A stretch of 64,000 bases of DNA from Polyangiaceae bacterium (GTDB lineage Bacteria > Myxococcota_A > Polyangia > Polyangiales > Polyangiaceae). Below, one piece after another: positions 37,660-47,145 of the stretch (its first letter is position 1; each line of letters starts with the position of its first letter). Location of the stretch: the NCBI GenBank assembly GCA_050287085.1, contig JBNKBE010000028.1, positions 9,024 to 73,023 on the forward strand, read 5' to 3'. The position numbers and the translations under genes were made by a program. Below the pieces are notes generated by a model, which had not been told where the DNA came from, did not search any database, and saw only the letters and a program-made list of their open reading frames with translations.

Positions 37660-38075
37660 GGCGCGGCCCTGGCGGGCCAAGGGGGGGCGCACAGTCAGAG
37701 GTAGGCGTAAAGCTGCCTCACACGTTTTTCGTTCGGCTTTGGGCAGGTGCACAACGACACCTTTGCACAACCCGTTGAGCTGAGCATGGGGATTGATGGT
37801 GAACACGCAGAAGCGTCGCTTGTTGCGTCGACGACCATGACGACAGTGCACAAAGGCAACAGCACGGTATGAGGGGAGCAATTGTCACTTTCCACCGAAG
37901 GATCGCGACTGGGCCTGTGCGGCCCAATGAATGGGCGCTTCCGTACCCGAGTGCACGACCGACAGCTTGTCCTAACTCCCAGGCCACTGCGTCGCTCAGT
38001 TCTCCTTTGAAGAGCCTTGGGGTCGACATCCAACTTGGAGTGGTTACGTCAAAGGTGTCAGAAAGGAGGTGTCCA

Positions 38076-38255
38076 ATGCTGAGCTTCAGACGTGGCACTC
38101 GCATGGAGAGCATTGGGTTTTTGGTTGTTCTACTCGGCGTGACGGCGTTCATGGCGCTGGCCCCCAACTGGGAACGCCCGAGCGATCCGGCGACGAGCAT
38201 AACGGTTCCTTCAATGGTCAATATTCCGCCAGCCGGCAGCCTCAAGCTGGAGTAG
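38076..38255 (+). CDS. Small single-pass membrane protein (59 aa)
   Basis: Strong SD AAAGGAGGTG before ATG 38076; one hydrophobic helix IGFLVVLLGVTAFMALA. Confidence 0.5.
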   Translation: MLSFRRGTRMESIGFLVVLLGVTAFMALAPNWERPSDPATSITVPSMVNIPPAGSLKLE

Positions 38256-38619
38256 TTGTGGGGCTGCAAGCCGCGACCGGGGTCGCGGGGTCCTGTCGAG
38301 CCGGGACGCGCTGCTGGCTCCGATGGCCGGCTGCTTGCTTGTGATGTCGAGACGCGCTGCGCAGTTCCGCTGCGCGTCTCGACCCCTTCCCAAACCCAAG
38401 CTGGGCTCAAGCCGCCGAGTGTACACCATGCCGCCCCCGTCGTCAGCGCGGGCGGTGCACTCAAACGAGCTCGAGCTCAAACCGCCTTGCGCGGACGGCG
38501 CGGCGCACTTTGGGCGCGCCCGAGCCACCCACCGACAGCGGCTCTCGTCGTGCCAAGAATAGTTTGAATTCAAACCGCTTCCGCCGCGCCGCTTCGCGGC
38601 GTTTGGTGTACGCTGGGGC

Positions 38620-38946
38620 GTGGTTCGTCGCTACATCTTCGTCAAGCTCGAGCCCGAATACGTCGCCGGTTTGAAGGCAATTCGACTTCTCGAGACGGCC
38701 AAGGAAGTGCTGCGAGCTGCCTACGGCGTGCAAGCATTGCACATCGGGCATGCCGCCGATGACGCGACCAAGCAGCAGTGGGACCTCTGCTTCACCCTCG
38801 AGTTCGTCTCCAACGTGGATCTCGAGCGCAGTTCCAAGGATGCTGTGACCCGGACCTTTCTGACGTCGTTCCTGCAGCCGCGTGCACAGTCGGTCTGGTC
38901 CGTTACATTCGAAGGACAGAGCGCCGGTCCACGGCGACTCCAGTGA
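38620..38946 (+). CDS. Dabb / stress-responsive alpha-beta barrel-like protein
   Basis: MVRRYIFVKL...GVQALHIG...WDLCFTLEFVSNVDLE..KDAV pattern of the Dabb fold (usual H-P-x-H not conserved). Confidence 0.55.
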   Translation: MVRRYIFVKLEPEYVAGLKAIRLLETAKEVLRAAYGVQALHIGHAADDATKQQWDLCFTLEFVSNVDLERSSKDAVTRTFLTSFLQPRAQSVWSVTFEGQSAGPRRLQ

Positions 38947-39110
38947 GGCCGCTGGCAGGCGGCAGGATCGATCGGAGACCGAACGTCGAAGCTCGCTGTC
39001 GACGGGCGCAGCTGCCGACCTCGCCCCTTCGGGGGTGACTGCAGAGCCCTACGCCCAGGCGACTTTCAGGTCAGCGCTCCGTCGTGCTTCGTCACCAAGG
39101 GCCCGAGGCT

Positions 39111-40418
39111 TCACTGCGACAAGCGATAGAGCTGCACGTCTTCGTCGATGCCATTCACTAGCACGAAGATGTCGAGGGAAGGGACGTACCGGAAACGGCC
39201 GTAGGTGCCGTTGGGGCTAGGCGAAGTGGGGGTGACGTCGTCTCGGAGCTGCTTCTCGGACCACGACCGTGCTTCCAGGTCGAGGGCGTACACGCTGCCG
39301 CCTTCTGCCCAACCGATAAGTTGTTTCGTTGCCGAATCGTAATCGAAGCCTGGATTGTTCGCGTTGACCAGCGCATCACCTCCGGTGGTTTCGATAACGA
39401 CCGAGTCGGCTTCCGGGTTTTCCAAGTCCCAGATGCGTACCCTGCCGCCTCCAACGCCGACCAGCTTGCGAGCGTCCGGCTCGATTGCGGCGGTCAACTC
39501 GTAGCCGAAGAAACCCTCATCGAACCTGACATGCCGGGTGGCTTGCCCGCTGTGCGGATCGTAGTCGGACAGGTAGGCTTCATTCCCTGTGCCGTGCGAC
39601 CAAATGTGTCCAGTCGTCGGATCGATGGCGGAGATCGCTCCGATGTTGCCACCGTGATCGAGCTCGCCCTCGGTCGACCAATGAGTGTTTGCCAGGTGAA
39701 AACAAACCACCGCTCCGTTTCCGGTTTGACCGCTTGGATAGAACGCGGCACCGCCGAAGGAGCACATCGCATCGAACGGTGTCGCGACGTACTGCAGATA
39801 GTTGTAGGTGTGTCGAGCACGCGGCAGACCATCTGGGTAGAGTCCGCTCGGTTCGTCGCCACCCACATCGGTCGACGGCTCACTCAGGCGAGACCAAGTC
39901 GAGGTGTGAAGATTGAACGCGTAGACTTCGTTCCCCGCGTAGTCCATGTGCCCACCGCCCCAAACCAGCAGCTGATCGCGCGTGGTGTCGAACGCCGCTC
40001 CGCCCCAGGCGCCCATGATCGCCGCTGGTCCAGAATTGCCGCGGACGGCCTCGAGCGCGTCACCGGTGGGAACCACGTCGGATAATCGTGAGCCTGCGAG
40101 ATTGCACCACTGTCCCGGCAACAGTCCCATTATGTCTTCGACGTCCCCGCACTCGAGCATTGCCGCAGGGCCAAGCGCCACCGCCTCGCCGGCGTCGGAA
40201 TTCGAAGCGCCGCCCGCGTCCGGCCCAGCCTGCTTCGGCGGCGGTGCGGCGTCGGTCTGCTCGTTCGCCTCGCGGCCAGCGTCACTGGTCCCTGAAACAC
40301 CGGAATCCCAAGCCATCGAGCCCGCGTCCTCCTCGAGCGTCCCGTGATCATGCGGGGCACCGGAGCAGGCACAGGTCATAGCGGCGAGTAGTTGCAAAGA
40401 ACTTGCTGCAATCTTCAT
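39111..40418 (-). CDS. Lipoprotein with Kelch-like beta-propeller, uncharacterised
   Basis: Lipobox CAC-S; AWGGAAFDTTRDQLLVWGGGHMDYAGNEVYAF, DGLPRARHTYN, repeated D-x-x-T-x-x-W blades, GTYGRFRY. Confidence 0.75.
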   Translation of the reverse strand: MKIAASSLQLLAAMTCACSGAPHDHGTLEEDAGSMAWDSGVSGTSDAGREANEQTDAAPPPKQAGPDAGGASNSDAGEAVALGPAAMLECGDVEDIMGLLPGQWCNLAGSRLSDVVPTGDALEAVRGNSGPAAIMGAWGGAAFDTTRDQLLVWGGGHMDYAGNEVYAFNLHTSTWSRLSEPSTDVGGDEPSGLYPDGLPRARHTYNYLQYVATPFDAMCSFGGAAFYPSGQTGNGAVVCFHLANTHWSTEGELDHGGNIGAISAIDPTTGHIWSHGTGNEAYLSDYDPHSGQATRHVRFDEGFFGYELTAAIEPDARKLVGVGGGRVRIWDLENPEADSVVIETTGGDALVNANNPGFDYDSATKQLIGWAEGGSVYALDLEARSWSEKQLRDDVTPTSPSPNGTYGRFRYVPSLDIFVLVNGIDEDVQLYRLSQ

Positions 40419-40424
40419 GGAGCC

Positions 40425-42659
40425 TCATCGGTTGAGATATCGTGGGACGATCGCGAACTGCGGTTCGCTCGAATAGTCCGGCTTGACCGCGCGCTGCTCG
40501 AAGATCTCCCATGCGCGCTGTGCGCCTTCTGCACTCGAATCGGCGGCGGCCGCCAATGCGGGCTGAAGGTTCGAAGGATAACCTGTTGGACTGGCCGCGT
40601 ACCCCGTCATCTCCCCCGCGACCCAGGGCGAGCGCCCCTGCCCATCGTCGATGTCCGCTTGGGTGAACCAGTCCGCCATTGCTTGGCTCGCACATTCTAA
40701 GCTTCCCAGCTCGTCGTCGTCACCGTTGGTGAGCGTGCCGAAGTTCTTCTGGTAGAGCGTCGCGAAGTCCTCGTAGAAGTCGTCGTCCGACGTTTCTCGA
40801 ACGACCAGTGAGTAGGGCGCTCCAGAAATCCAGCAGTAACCCTCGCCATTGATACGCCCAATCGGAAAGCGAGCTTTCCAGTCGAGCAGGGGTTTGGCCG
40901 ACGCATAGCCCAGGTCGACCAGGTAGCCTACGACGGAGGTGAAGAAGTCGTCTTGCCAGGGCGCAATCCCGGTTCCCCCGCTGTAGGAAAATGCGGCGCC
41001 ATCGCCAAGGATGCCAAGGGGATTGGCGTCTCCGTTCGCCCAGGTATCGACGTAGTAGTTGACGTTATTCTCGAGCTTGCTCTCGAAGTATTCCTTGAGC
41101 GCGTCGTCATCTGGCGTGATGAAGGCGGCTTGCGCGAGCGTGCGCAACGACCACGCTTGACCGCGGGTCTGATCGGGTTTGACGAGCCCTTCTTCGCGAT
41201 TGCGGTAGCCGGGGTTGTGCTGCAGAAGGTTGTACGTCGCCCAGAATTGAAGCTCTTCCAGGTAGAAGTGATCTCCGGTCACCAGATACGGGACGAAGTC
41301 CATCGACGGTTGGTGGGAGGAGTCGTGCGCATAGGGCGTGTCGCACTCAGCCGCGCACGAGGGAAAGGGGTGAGTCGTGTCGCTCGGGTTCCCCAAGATG
41401 GTGAGGTCAGGGTAGTCGTCGATGGTAATTGGACGATCGCTGTTTCGATCGCGGTAGTGGATCCCAAAGCTGCCCGCGCTGTCGCCGGTGCCAAGGGTGA
41501 CCAACCTTGCCCGAGGATCCATCGTCAGGACGTAGATGGCCGCCCAATTCGGCAATATGCCGATGTCTCGCCGGCCGCCCGTCTCTGGCATGTAAGGCTC
41601 GAGTAACCCGCTGCCCATGGGCTCCGTGATGGGTCCGCTCCATTCTTCTTCAAAACCAGCAAGTGCGGATTCCGAAACGGATAGCTTTGGATCGTAGTTG
41701 GGAACGACACCGGTCGAGATCAGATAGGCCGAATCCAAACGAACCTCGACCGAAGGCGCTTCGCCAATCCAAAACACCTTGCGGAAGCGCGCTCGGTCGT
41801 AGTGCAGCAGCCCGGGCCTGTTGTAGCTCTCGGTTCCGTTCGTGGTGATGCTGAGGTCGTAGGTATACCCGCGGGGCTCTTCCACGAAGGCCCAGTCGTT
41901 TTCGACAGTGACCTCGACGCGCGTGCTCGCGAACCCGCGGTAGGTCCGTGCATTGTACCTCACGGCAAGGTGGGGATGTTCGTCAGCTCCAGCCATCACC
42001 GGTCCCGAGACTTCCCATTCAGTGGCGAGAGGCCCAGACAACCAAGTGCTGCTTTTACCGGTAGAAAGCAGATCAGCCAGCGACGCCGTGTACTCGACGC
42101 CGTCGATTGCGAGTGTAAGCTCGGTCTCGACCCCTGTGCTCAGGAATTCGGCTCGCGAGAGCTCTGAGTCTTTGTTTTCGTCCGAGGCCGACGAGACGAG
42201 CTCGAGGGTGACTTCCTCGTCTGAGACGAGGTTCCGGATCAGCGCCGAAATCACCGCGTGACGAAGCGAACCATCGTCGTATCTCGCTTTGGTATCGACC
42301 TGTAGCGGGACGTCGGAGCCTGCGATGCGCCCACGCACAGAGGCAGACTTCGGAACGTCACCCTTGCGAAATACCTGTGCGAAAGTTACCGGGACTTCCG
42401 CTTTGGAGTCTGCTCCAAGATTGGTCAGTCGAACTTCGACAACAGTGCTCCCGATTGCAGCCGGCGGTGGAGGCTTGGAGGTCGGTCGAGGGTCCGCGTG
42501 GCCCGCGTCGGCCGTCGGTGCCGAATCCTCCTCCTCGGTTGCCGGATCGATTGGGTTGACGTTCGCGCGATTGCCACATGAGACCAACGCGACGACCAGT
42601 GCCAGTTGCCCTGCTTCCCTAGGCATCCACAGTCCCAAGAATCTGCGCATCCGTGTCAT
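40425..42659 (-). CDS. Lipoprotein, PcRGLX/RIFT-barrel-like putative polysaccharide-active enzyme
   Basis: Lipobox LVSC; VPVTFAQVFRKGDVP...LQVDTKARYDDGSLRHAVISA, then catalytic-like helical domain DSSHQPS..PYLVTGDHFYLEEL, QTRGQAWSLR, APWQDDF. Confidence 0.65.
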   Translation of the reverse strand: MTRMRRFLGLWMPREAGQLALVVALVSCGNRANVNPIDPATEEEDSAPTADAGHADPRPTSKPPPPAAIGSTVVEVRLTNLGADSKAEVPVTFAQVFRKGDVPKSASVRGRIAGSDVPLQVDTKARYDDGSLRHAVISALIRNLVSDEEVTLELVSSASDENKDSELSRAEFLSTGVETELTLAIDGVEYTASLADLLSTGKSSTWLSGPLATEWEVSGPVMAGADEHPHLAVRYNARTYRGFASTRVEVTVENDWAFVEEPRGYTYDLSITTNGTESYNRPGLLHYDRARFRKVFWIGEAPSVEVRLDSAYLISTGVVPNYDPKLSVSESALAGFEEEWSGPITEPMGSGLLEPYMPETGGRRDIGILPNWAAIYVLTMDPRARLVTLGTGDSAGSFGIHYRDRNSDRPITIDDYPDLTILGNPSDTTHPFPSCAAECDTPYAHDSSHQPSMDFVPYLVTGDHFYLEELQFWATYNLLQHNPGYRNREEGLVKPDQTRGQAWSLRTLAQAAFITPDDDALKEYFESKLENNVNYYVDTWANGDANPLGILGDGAAFSYSGGTGIAPWQDDFFTSVVGYLVDLGYASAKPLLDWKARFPIGRINGEGYCWISGAPYSLVVRETSDDDFYEDFATLYQKNFGTLTNGDDDELGSLECASQAMADWFTQADIDDGQGRSPWVAGEMTGYAASPTGYPSNLQPALAAAADSSAEGAQRAWEIFEQRAVKPDYSSEPQFAIVPRYLNR

Positions 42660-42772
42660 ATTTACCCGGCGCGGTCCGGGCCGCAAGGCGGTGGGTGAGT
42701 CGAACACGGCGGACTGGGCAGAGCACGTGACGCAGGTGGTTGCGTGCCTGCCTCGCGAGGGCAAACCCTAGA

Positions 42773-43222
42773 CTAGACGCGCTCTTCGCGAGCACGCATC
42801 CTGGTCAGCGTGGCTCCCGTGCTGTCCTGCACCGTGATGCTCCACTCATAGGTGTCGCGGTTGATGAAGCGGTCCTGCGCGAGCATACGCACGCCTCCGC
42901 CCAGATCGGCTTCGCCACTGAACGTCTGATCGTGTTCACGCCATTCGTGAGCCAGAACGACGGCATCTCCGCTCGGCGCCAGAAAGTAGTGAGCGCGGTA
43001 CAGTCCGGTGTTGCTGTCGAGGGACCAGATGCCGATGAATGAGCTGCCGTTCGAACCGTCGCCGCGCTCCTCAAGGAATTGGCCGCCGAGAGTCCACGCG
43101 AAGGCATTTTCCTGACTGTAGTGCTGCACTTCATTGCCCGTGACCTCCAGGGTGACTTCTCCGCGCCACGATCCGACGAAGCGCTGCAACGGGTTGTTCG
43201 GAGAAGACGGCTTCTTGTGCAT
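42773..43222 (-). CDS. DUF1579-like beta-barrel protein
   Basis: LQRFVGSWRG...WTLGGQFL...GIWSLDSNTGLY; AGGAG SD. Confidence 0.65.
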   Translation of the reverse strand: MHKKPSSPNNPLQRFVGSWRGEVTLEVTGNEVQHYSQENAFAWTLGGQFLEERGDGSNGSSFIGIWSLDSNTGLYRAHYFLAPSGDAVVLAHEWREHDQTFSGEADLGGGVRMLAQDRFINRDTYEWSITVQDSTGATLTRMRAREERV

Positions 43223-43549
43223 GGTGTGCTCCTGTTGACGTCAGACGTTGACCATCGTCAACAGAACACGAACACCATCCCGCGTGCTTGCTTGGATCTG
43301 CGGGCTCTTGGTGTTTCTTGCTCAAAAGCTAGGGGAGTCCCATGTTTCTATCGGTCGCCACAGAGAACCTGCGTGCCCGCTCAACTCACGAGCTTGTGCC
43401 GAACGCCAGGCAGCCCGTGCCTTTTCGGGCAGCTCTGGCAAAGTGGTGTTCAACAGGCGCCAAGTATGCTGGCGCACTGCCGCGACGCCTCTGCACGAAA
43501 GTCCACTTCGCTCTCGCGCATTCGGTCCCAGGATGGCTAAGAACTCGGG

Positions 43550-44476
43550 TCAGCGACGGCTGAGGCGGCGAAACGCGGTCGGGGTCGTCCCAGTGCATGC
43601 GCGAAATCGGGTCGACAGCTGGCTGGTATCGCTGAACCCAGTCAGCAGGGCGATCTGTGTGATCGGCAGCGTCGAGCTTGCCAGCAGGCGCTTGGCTTCC
43701 GCGATGCGGCAATGCAGCACGTACCTACTGGGGGAGAGGCCCGTGGAGGCCTTGAAGGCGCGCGAGAAGTGAAACGTGCTGAGCCCCGCGAGGGCTGCCA
43801 AGTCCTGCAGTCGAATCCGCCGACCGAGGCGAGCGGCGATATAGTCGCGCACTCGCTGCACCACCAGCGGAGGTAATCCGCCACGCTGCAGGTTTGGTGC
43901 GCGGCGATGCACCCCGTGGGCGCGGTCGAGTTGTACCGACAACAGAGTGGTTGCCAGGTCGCCGAACACCTGCTCCGTGCTCTCGTGGCAGCCGAGCCCA
44001 TGCTTGATCTCGCGCATCAGCTCACTCAGCAGCGGATCGCGCAGGACGTGCCAATGCGGTGCCAACGCGCTTACGTCCTCGCGCGGCTTATCGCGGAGGA
44101 GCGCCGTTGGTTGCACATACACCTCGAGCACGTCCAGCGTCCGTCCGCGCCCTAGACTCTGCCAGCAGAGCTCCGCGGGCGCGGAACCTGCGCCCACCAC
44201 ACACACTTCACCGGGGCCCACGTCGTAGCGGTGCCAACGGCGCGTACCGAGCTCACGAGCCTCGAAGCGAAAGCCGTCGCTGACCGGCATGACCAGGTGA
44301 TGGAGCCTCCCAGCCGGTTCGATGAAGCCGTCCACTCGAACGGGTTCGCGGCACTCGCGCGCGAGCGCGTGCGCCCATTGCCGCGACTTCAGCGTCGGTG
44401 CCGGGAGTATCCCCCGCGCCCAGTGTTGGTCCTCAGAGGCCGTTTCGGCTGTCCCCTCTCCACCCTCTTCGTGCAC
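43550..44476 (-). CDS. AraC family transcriptional regulator
   Basis: RGGLPP..VQRVRDYI, LQDLAALAGLSTFHFSRAFKASTGLSP, GFSDTSQLSTRFRACTGTTP. Confidence 0.9.
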   Translation of the reverse strand: MHEEGGEGTAETASEDQHWARGILPAPTLKSRQWAHALARECREPVRVDGFIEPAGRLHHLVMPVSDGFRFEARELGTRRWHRYDVGPGEVCVVGAGSAPAELCWQSLGRGRTLDVLEVYVQPTALLRDKPREDVSALAPHWHVLRDPLLSELMREIKHGLGCHESTEQVFGDLATTLLSVQLDRAHGVHRRAPNLQRGGLPPLVVQRVRDYIAARLGRRIRLQDLAALAGLSTFHFSRAFKASTGLSPSRYVLHCRIAEAKRLLASSTLPITQIALLTGFSDTSQLSTRFRACTGTTPTAFRRLSRR

Positions 44477-44634
44477 GACGCAAGTCTACCCGGACCGGGC
44501 ACGGCGCGTAAGGGGCCGATGGGATCAGCCTGCAAAGCCCCCCCGCGGTCAGCCGCGGAGCGGAGCGCTACTCCAATAGTGCGTTGGTGGCGTCAGCTGT
44601 GATCGCGCTGCGATGCCAGCGGACTCTCCCCGGG

Positions 44635-44982
44635 TTATAGCGGCGCGGCCCCGCCACACGCGGGACAAGTGTCCGCCTTGCGCGCTACGGTCGCCCCGCA
44701 ACGCGCGCAGCGTTTGCTCAGACAAGCGAGTACGATGAGCCCAAGAGGCCCCGCGAGGCCAACTAGCCCCCACCAGGGCGAGCGCCCGCGCATCTTGGCA
44801 TAAGCGGCATAGCCGCCGATCAGGACAAGGAGTCCGACAAGAGTGACGCTGGGCCAGCCCTTTGCCGTGCCGTAGAGTTGGAGAAGGAGCGCCAATCCAC
44901 CGACCAGCACACTGGCGTTGTTCAGGCGGCGAATGCGCTGTCTATCGGCGTCAATGCTACCCGTAGCGATCGTTGTGTTCAT
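44635..44982 (-). CDS. Small membrane protein with C-terminal zinc ribbon
   Basis: Three TM segments, RGRSPWWGL motif, CARC...CPAC. Confidence 0.65.
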   Translation of the reverse strand: MNTTIATGSIDADRQRIRRLNNASVLVGGLALLLQLYGTAKGWPSVTLVGLLVLIGGYAAYAKMRGRSPWWGLVGLAGPLGLIVLACLSKRCARCGATVARKADTCPACGGAAPL

Positions 44983-45062
44983 GCGAGCGAGGTCGGGGTG
45001 CCGGTGGACGAGTTGCTAGAAAATCGACCGCGGCCATCACTTGCGATGGACCCGAGATGTTC

Positions 45063-46841
45063 TCAGGTGCACTGACGAGCGCCACGTCGCCGTCGGAACA
45101 GGGCAAGGACGGCCAGCGATATGACGGCAGCCGCGTTAGGAGCCTCGCGTTGCGCGCCCGCCGCACGACAGCTGCAGCCCGCGTCATTGGCACCGGCGGC
45201 GTCACCCGCCAGCGACGAGGCGCCGGCGGCTGCCGTAGGAGCAGGGACCGGCTGGGGCGCGGCGCCGCCGATACCGGCACTCCCGGTCGGCGGAGGGACC
45301 GCAGCGCCGTCGCCAGCGGTGCCAGCTGTCCCCGTCGTCCCGGCGGACGCGTCGCCGTCGCCGTCGCTGCCCGCGACTGAACCGTCGCCAGCGGCACCGC
45401 CCTGACCTCCGGATTCGTCGTCGTCCCGAGGTCCGTCGCCGCTGGCGCCACCTCGCCCCCCGTCATTGGCTTCACCCGCCGCGCCGCCGGGCTCCTGGGA
45501 TTCGCCCCCCATGCCGCCCGAAGACGCGCCCCCCATGCCGCCGCCGCCAATGGGGTCGAGCTCGGGTTCGGGGGTGCTCGGCGCTTCCCCCTCACCGACG
45601 GCGAAGGTCATCTCCGGGCCGTTTGCACTGATGGCGTGGACCCGCAGGCCTGAGGGGCTACCATCGTTCCACGATGCCCGCGGCGTCGTCGCGTCGGAAA
45701 ACTCGTCGTTGTTGCCTTGGTAGAAGTAGTCGTTCGGATCGTGCCCAGGCGAGGGCCAGGTCGTCGTACCTAGTTGGTCCAGGCCGTCAGCTTGGACCAC
45801 GGCGAGCGCCAACGGCTTGGGCGGCTCGTTGAGGCCGATGCGGTTGTCGAAGTGCAGCAGGAATAGTCCTCCGCCGTCGAGCGGGCGGAAGCGGCCCGTG
45901 TCCTGCACGTTGGACCACAGAAACAGTTCACCCGGAACGCTCGGGTTGCGGTAGAAATAAGCTGTGCCGTTGGGCCGCGCGACGTAGAGGGCGGGGGTGT
46001 TCATGTCGACCTCTTGCGTGGGGATCCAGCCTTGGTCGGCGCGAAAAAAGTCGTTGATACCCACTGGGTTGATGGTGCTGATTCGATTCCCCATGATGCA
46101 GTAGTCACCGAAGCCATACAGGTCGGGCCAGCCAAACACCATGTGGCCCGTTTCGTGGGCGAAGACGTAGTTGTCCAGCGCGTCGCCAAGCTGCGTCATG
46201 TTGTAGCGAGCCACACGCACGCCATCGGCGGTCCGGTTGGTGCCGCCAGAATGGGGCCACAGTCCTTGTCCAAAGGTCACCGAAGGTCCGGCATAGAGCA
46301 CGCTTATGGACTCCGTTCTGCCGTCTCCGTCATTGTCGTAGAGTGAGAAGTCGACCTCGTCGTCGAAGTAGTCGATCATCTCCTCGATCAGCTCTCCGGC
46401 GCCACTGTATCCTGGCTGGCTTTCGTAGTAGCTCTTCGGGTGCTGCGCTCGGTAGTATCCAAAAACCTCGTTGCGCAAGTCGATGACGCCGTTGGATACG
46501 TCGAGATAGTAGTCGCGTACGCCGCCGTCGTGGTTGTCCTCCGTGTAGTTCAAGTCGTCGAGCCACGCCCGTACTTCCTCGACCGAGAACGTCGGGGGTT
46601 GGTCGCTGAAGTCAACCAAGAGCGTCAGGCCCCACAGCTCGCCGCGCGGCGCCGCATAGAATGACTCTTCACCGATGCGGAGGGCTGCGACAGAGCGCGG
46701 CGGTTGCACTTCCTGCTCGGGCCACGAGGGGACGATCTGACCATCCACGACGATTAGGGCTTCAGCGTCGGATGCATGAAGGACGCAGCTGAACAGTGCG
46801 GCGGCATATAGTGGAGAGCAATTCAGAAGTCGATGGGCCAT
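45063..46841 (-). CDS. M6 family (immune inhibitor A-like) metalloprotease with MYXO-CTERM-type tail
   Basis: LLVDFSD, GVRDYYLDVSNG, DFSLYDNDGDG, LWPH, zinc motif FAHETGHMVFGWPDLY, YCIMG; C-terminal GCSCRAAG-TM-RRRR. Confidence 0.9.
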   Translation of the reverse strand: MAHRLLNCSPLYAAALFSCVLHASDAEALIVVDGQIVPSWPEQEVQPPRSVAALRIGEESFYAAPRGELWGLTLLVDFSDQPPTFSVEEVRAWLDDLNYTEDNHDGGVRDYYLDVSNGVIDLRNEVFGYYRAQHPKSYYESQPGYSGAGELIEEMIDYFDDEVDFSLYDNDGDGRTESISVLYAGPSVTFGQGLWPHSGGTNRTADGVRVARYNMTQLGDALDNYVFAHETGHMVFGWPDLYGFGDYCIMGNRISTINPVGINDFFRADQGWIPTQEVDMNTPALYVARPNGTAYFYRNPSVPGELFLWSNVQDTGRFRPLDGGGLFLLHFDNRIGLNEPPKPLALAVVQADGLDQLGTTTWPSPGHDPNDYFYQGNNDEFSDATTPRASWNDGSPSGLRVHAISANGPEMTFAVGEGEAPSTPEPELDPIGGGGMGGASSGGMGGESQEPGGAAGEANDGGRGGASGDGPRDDDESGGQGGAAGDGSVAGSDGDGDASAGTTGTAGTAGDGAAVPPPTGSAGIGGAAPQPVPAPTAAAGASSLAGDAAGANDAGCSCRAAGAQREAPNAAAVISLAVLALFRRRRGARQCT

Positions 46842-47145
46842 GGTGTGTGGATTTCGCGGCCGAGAATGGGAAGCCAAGCGCGCAAACCTTAGCGTGCGTG
46901 CATCCCGGGGGCGACGACAGCAGAAAACAGCCTGTCGCAGCCGCGCTACACCTGGGCGGCTTTTTTACGACGTGTTGCTGAAGGGCGCATCGCGGGTTCC
47001 TTGGCGGAACGACCTTCAGAGTCGCCGACTCGGCCAAATCCGGCCTGGATGCGGTCGCGGCGCGAGCGCACGCAGCTCTCGGAGAGGGACGCCGCGTCCC
47101 CGACGCGAGGTATCTCCCACACCGGGGTTCTGCTAGTGTCTCCCG

